A DNA stretch of 64,000 nucleotides from Bugula neritina (taxonomy: Eukaryota; Animalia; Bryozoa): NCBI GenBank assembly GCA_964035545.1, contig OZ037766.1, positions 7,430,722-7,494,721 of the forward strand, read 5' to 3'. The position numbers and the translations under genes are program-made. The notes beneath the pieces were generated by a model. It was not told where the DNA came from, searched no databases, and worked only from the letters and a program-made list of their open reading frames with translations. Positions within the stretch are counted from its first letter, which is position 1. Each line of letters opens with the position of its first letter. Below are positions 59,480 through 64,000 of the stretch, piece by piece.

Positions 59480-60637
59480 ATGTTGTGCTATAACCTAGAC
59501 TCAAGTTTAGAAATGCCCCTCACTGCGAACTTTCTCTGTGAGGATATGTCCCCTATAACTCCACCACTATCTCCAGAACGAGATTTTATGGGCTTGCCAA
59601 GTTTAGATCAAGAACTTTTCGACAACATTCAGCAGCTCACAGATTTAAAAAACAATATTGCAATAAATGGTTGTTCTCCAACCCATGACTTAGAATATTA
59701 CTCCGACTCAGTAGTCTTGCGAGACTGTATGTGGTCTGGCAAGGGTTACAAAGAATTCGATGAACAGAGGCCAAAAAGGCAAAGAAATGACTCTTTAAGT
59801 GAGCTAGCTTTAAATGCTGCCAGTACCTCTTGTATAGATCCTACTACCTTCACTGCTTATCCCCGTCAGCACAACCAAATGGAACACAATTACAGTTTAG
59901 TCACGCCAGAGCCCATGAGGGTGCCCAAGATATACTACACCTCACCTATTCACACAGATGATTCAGGTTGGTTTTCTTGGCACACACTATAACCAAGCAA
60001 AATGTAATTGCACAATCTCGGTTGGTGTATTCTATAAATCCTGTCCTATATTTATAATGTATTAACTTTTTGTATTTCAGAATCTGAGGAAGATGTTATC
60101 GATGTAGTTACTGTTGATACTCGTACCTCTGTTGCTTCTCCAGCCAAAGCTAAAGTTTACAACAAACGTGCAGCTCTCTTTGAGCTGAATAACAATCTGT
60201 GTGCCGTGGCTCAGAAGCTTACCAACTGTAAAAGATCATCATCTGATCATGACTTTTACCCATCAAAAAAATCCAAGCGAGTGTTATCTTCTCATAGTAG
60301 TGTAATGTCAAGTTCAAATAATTCGGACAGTGAAGAATATGAAGGAAAACGGTCAGCACACAATGTAATGGAGAGACACAGAAGAAATGAACTGAAAAAT
60401 AGCTTGCACGATCTCAGAGACAGTCTGCCTTCCCTAGAATCTCGTGAAAGGACCCCAAAGGTTCTCATACTTGAACATGCCACTGAATATATAATGCAAC
60501 TAAGGGGAACTGAGCGTAATCTATTCCATGAACTTTCCAAAGTGAAAGCTAAGAATACTAAACTGAAAGAAAGATTAGCAGAATTGATGGAAATGAAAGT
60601 GCAACAGGAACTATGCGAAGATGACAGCTTTTACTAG
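59480..60637 (+). CDS. myc: Myc-family bHLH-LZ transcription factor, 347 aa; coding exons 59480-59966 and 60081-60637
   Basis: TPPLSP degron, MBII LRDCMWSG, CIDP (MBIIIa-like), MBIIIb EEDVIDVV just after the conserved phase-1 intron, bHLH KRSAHNVMERHRRNELK...PKVLILEHATEYI, then a leucine zipper. Confidence 0.97.
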
Positions 60638-61183
60638 GTATTTCTTTGTACATTGCATATACAAGTTTCATACCATTTTCCTTTTCATGCATTTCTCTGC
60701 AGTGTTGGGCAGCAACACTAGCAAGGATTTTTTTCGTAACCATTTGCAATCATTTGGCTAGGTCAGTCAATGTATTTGTATTATATATTTTTGTATAGTG
60801 TAAAGTTATGTTAATAACTGTTTGCATATCTGTACAGGCTGTATAGCTAAGTTAGCTTCATTTGCAACATCTAGTTGTTCTTTTCTCCCATTAAGCAATG
60901 TTGTATTATAAAACCAACATTATTTTGTTATACATAATTGTATTCTTTTTTCACATATATTCTTATATGAATTTTATTTTACATTTTTCAAATGCTTTGA
61001 GTAAGCAATTATTTTGTATTTGAATCTATCAAGTATTATAACTGTCCATCAATATTTCGTTTATATGTGTTAAAATGACAGTAGTAAATATAAACTGTGA
61101 TTTTATAATTATAAAACCAGTAAATTGTAATATATAAAAAAGCACATTGTTCAAGCATCTAATACCATAATAATGCTGGCTAT

Positions 61184-63775
61184 TTACACATTGAACATCT
61201 TGATGAAGTCCGCTGGCATTAGGTCATACGAGCAAGCACTCTCCTCTTCATTGAACTTGCAAGGATGGCCAGTTGCCTAAAGATAATGAAAATAAAGTAC
61301 AGTGAAATACCTAGGTAATAGCATAGCAACACATGTGCTATTAACAAATGTGTGAATAAGTACTTGAGATGGCCAGTCCCAACATGGTGAAGGCCATTAG
61401 TTGTAAGCAGACTTGTGCTTAAAGATAGTGTTTACCACCCAAATGTTATGAAGTGGGTAGAGCTTTAATTAATGCTTTCTGCTGGTCTAAACTAAGCTGC
61501 TATCAACCCATGGAGTGCAATTATAGAAGTCATCAACTAACCACTGGCTAATAGGACAATGCCGCTACTCAAGGCCACCACAAAAATATTAGCCTAATGT
61601 AAAAGTAAAAAGTCACAACGTATTGGGGATCAACAATTCGCACTGACAAGCCCCCTCTTATCATTCAAGCCCGCTTGGGGCTACACTCGGGCGTACACAA
61701 ACACCAGGTCAACAAATAGGATTTTAGGATTGCAGTTGAAATATCTTGCAACTTTGAATACACTGCCACTGGCTGAGGTAAAAAAGTAATTGTTGACATG
61801 TTTTATTTGGGGTGCTGTCTAAATGAATAAACCAGCTTATTAGGCTTCATCAAGCAATACGGCTTTACCAAGTAGCCAATGCATTTGGCTACATTAAAAA
61901 CCAAAAACTGGTTAAACTTGATATGTTAGTCTGACAAGATGTTGAAAATGGTCATTTCAGTTATAATTAATGTAATACTACACTATTATGTAATACACAG
62001 TCAAGCTTGCAATGGTTGTCAGGGAGGAATTAAACATGAATAAATCAAACTTTAGCAGTAAAATATTATCCTTTGATCAGCAGTGCTTATATAATCCTGG
62101 TTACTTAGATTATAAAATGCTTTGTGTCTGTAGAAACTAATTGAATCGGCTTAGTATGTTTCATAATAGCATGTTTAGGAGAAGGCCTCTTCCCATGCAC
62201 TTCACAACTTCTGCTATTTAATTCCATAGTTGTGGCCCAGCACTTGGTACTTGGTAAGAGTAGTTTATACTGGAAAGAAAAGCAGCTACAGCTAGTAGCA
62301 ACTTAACTAGTTAGCAGTCATTACATAATGCTTACATCAACTATAATTTAATAAAATAAATCACCAAGAGTTGCTTATGTAACCTAATAATTAGGCCAAA
62401 GCAGTAAACTATCCATGAAATAACAAAAGCCGGTTGGGTTTGCTAATCTGTATCCCTGCCATGACTTTGTGGTGTTGAAATGGGTGGTTGGAATTATTTT
62501 GCGATGAAGCTATGCTTCATTAATTTACAGGAGACTAGACTGTATAATTAGCTCATGCTGTGAAAATCTACTCACTACTACAGATAGCATAGTTGTTGTA
62601 TTTCAGACGTAAACAATAGTGATGCCTAAAAGTAATAGCAGGTACAACTAAGCGCAACGTCCTTGATTTCATACACATGAAAACGAGGGTACAAATTGGT
62701 ATTGTTTATTCTTTATACAAACACTTATTTATCTGCTTTGAAAATACAGTTAGCAATCCTATCTATGAATGGAATTACTAGATAAACACATTGCTGGCAG
62801 AGCATTCTCTAATTTTGCAACTTTTCAGCCAAAGTAAAAATGCAAACAATCTTGTTGGTTTAAGATGACCGATAGTTGAAAGAAAGTTAAAAGTAATCAT
62901 TAAATTAGGTACACTTGTAGTGTGTGAAAAGGCATTCTAATTATGGCAGGAGTACCGCAATGCAACTGTTTCTCTACTAAATCAGTCAATAAAAGCAAGC
63001 AATGTCTCATTTACATGAGTATTAAAAGTAGCAAGCATAAAATGAAAACTTAGGATAAATAGATAGCCGGTAGCCTAAGTTGTAAGCTACTACCCTAATA
63101 GTATGGAATAAATCATTAGAATAATGTATTAGAAGAATGTATATTTTACAGTTACAAAAGGCCATGATTGATGGATAACTAGCATATTTCACCATCTACT
63201 GTCATTTGTAGCGAAGCCAAAGACCTTTAAATTACAGCAACAATGAGTATTGCACCACACGATGAAATATGTGGTGTACAAGTTATATGTGTCTAAAGTA
63301 TTGGAATTGTGATATTGATTCAATAGGATATAGTGGGAAACATGCTGTGTACAACTAAGAAAGGGCGGCTTTAAATTATGAGGCAATAAGGGGTTGCAGC
63401 TAGATTTATATTTAGTCTAGACAGCTAGAGAAGCCCAATTGAACAGATTTTATTGACTTTTTGTGATTTGTGGGAAAAGCTTATTGTACTTCTTTACAAT
63501 GATCAACCAGGACTCTTTTAACTGTATTTTGTTGAAAATTTGTTAACAAAACAAGCCTGATAGAAATGGTAGATAGATTCATCAGATGATATCAATTATA
63601 CTGGATTACCTCTATTGAAAATGTAGAGCAGATTTGTGAGTGCTACTGCAGTGCCATTATCCTTCAATCGCCCACATGCTTGTTTGGTTACTACTATTAC
63701 TACTACATTACTACTGCCACTACAGCAACTGCAGTCTGCCCTACACTTCCGCCAATACTTCATTCAGGAAAACGC
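61184..63775 (-). CDS. Partial unidentified multi-exon gene (3' part); candidate exons 63775-63745, 63354-63193, 62625-62576, 62509-62466, one starting at 62269, 61818-61705, 61276-61184
   Basis: Phase-compatible GT-AG exons give ...VFGFATNDSRW|HHYCLRLKY... and ...TAPQIKHVNNYFFTSASGSVFKVARYFNCNPKILFVDL|ATGHPCKFNEEESACSYDLMPADFIKMFNV*. Middle exon boundaries uncertain; 5' end not identified. Confidence 0.55.
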
Positions 63776-64000
63776 CTAAACTATTTAGCAGATATATAAA
63801 CTCAGTATTCAACATGATTGCAGTTTGACATGAGGATATACTATTATACTTCGTCCCTCAAATGTATTGAGAATTGTCTGTTACTGCTATTACCAACGAC
63901 ATCTGAGATATACAAGATATTAATGTGAATTTAATGACTTTTTTATGGTATTTGAGAGATAAAAAGTTAACTGAGTTCAGACAATGCAGTGTGTAAGCTG

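Overview
AT-rich eukaryotic (invertebrate metazoan-like) genomic DNA with spliced genes; nothing prokaryotic (no CRISPR, rRNA or tRNA seen). Bases 1-22.7 kb hold no supportable protein gene, only a 34-bp minisatellite and decayed repeats. Then, on the minus strand: a complete 5-exon RPS17 with a TCT/TOP promoter, hosting a U94/SNORD94-like box C/D guide RNA for U6 C62 in intron 4, and a class I SAM methyltransferase with 3 coding exons. Next is a ~3-kb period-3/6 'palindrome lattice' low-complexity tract. On the plus strand follow a 16-exon ~1279-aa PH + Tyr/Pro-rich + tandem PDZ-like adaptor gene with one GC-AG intron, ~15 kb of gene-free DNA with several tandem repeats, and a 3-exon myc gene with an eroded Myc box I. 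An unidentified minus-strand gene converges on myc, probably overlapping its 3' UTR. All gene models were built by hand from splice sites and reading-frame phase; homology calls come from recalled motifs, not database searches.
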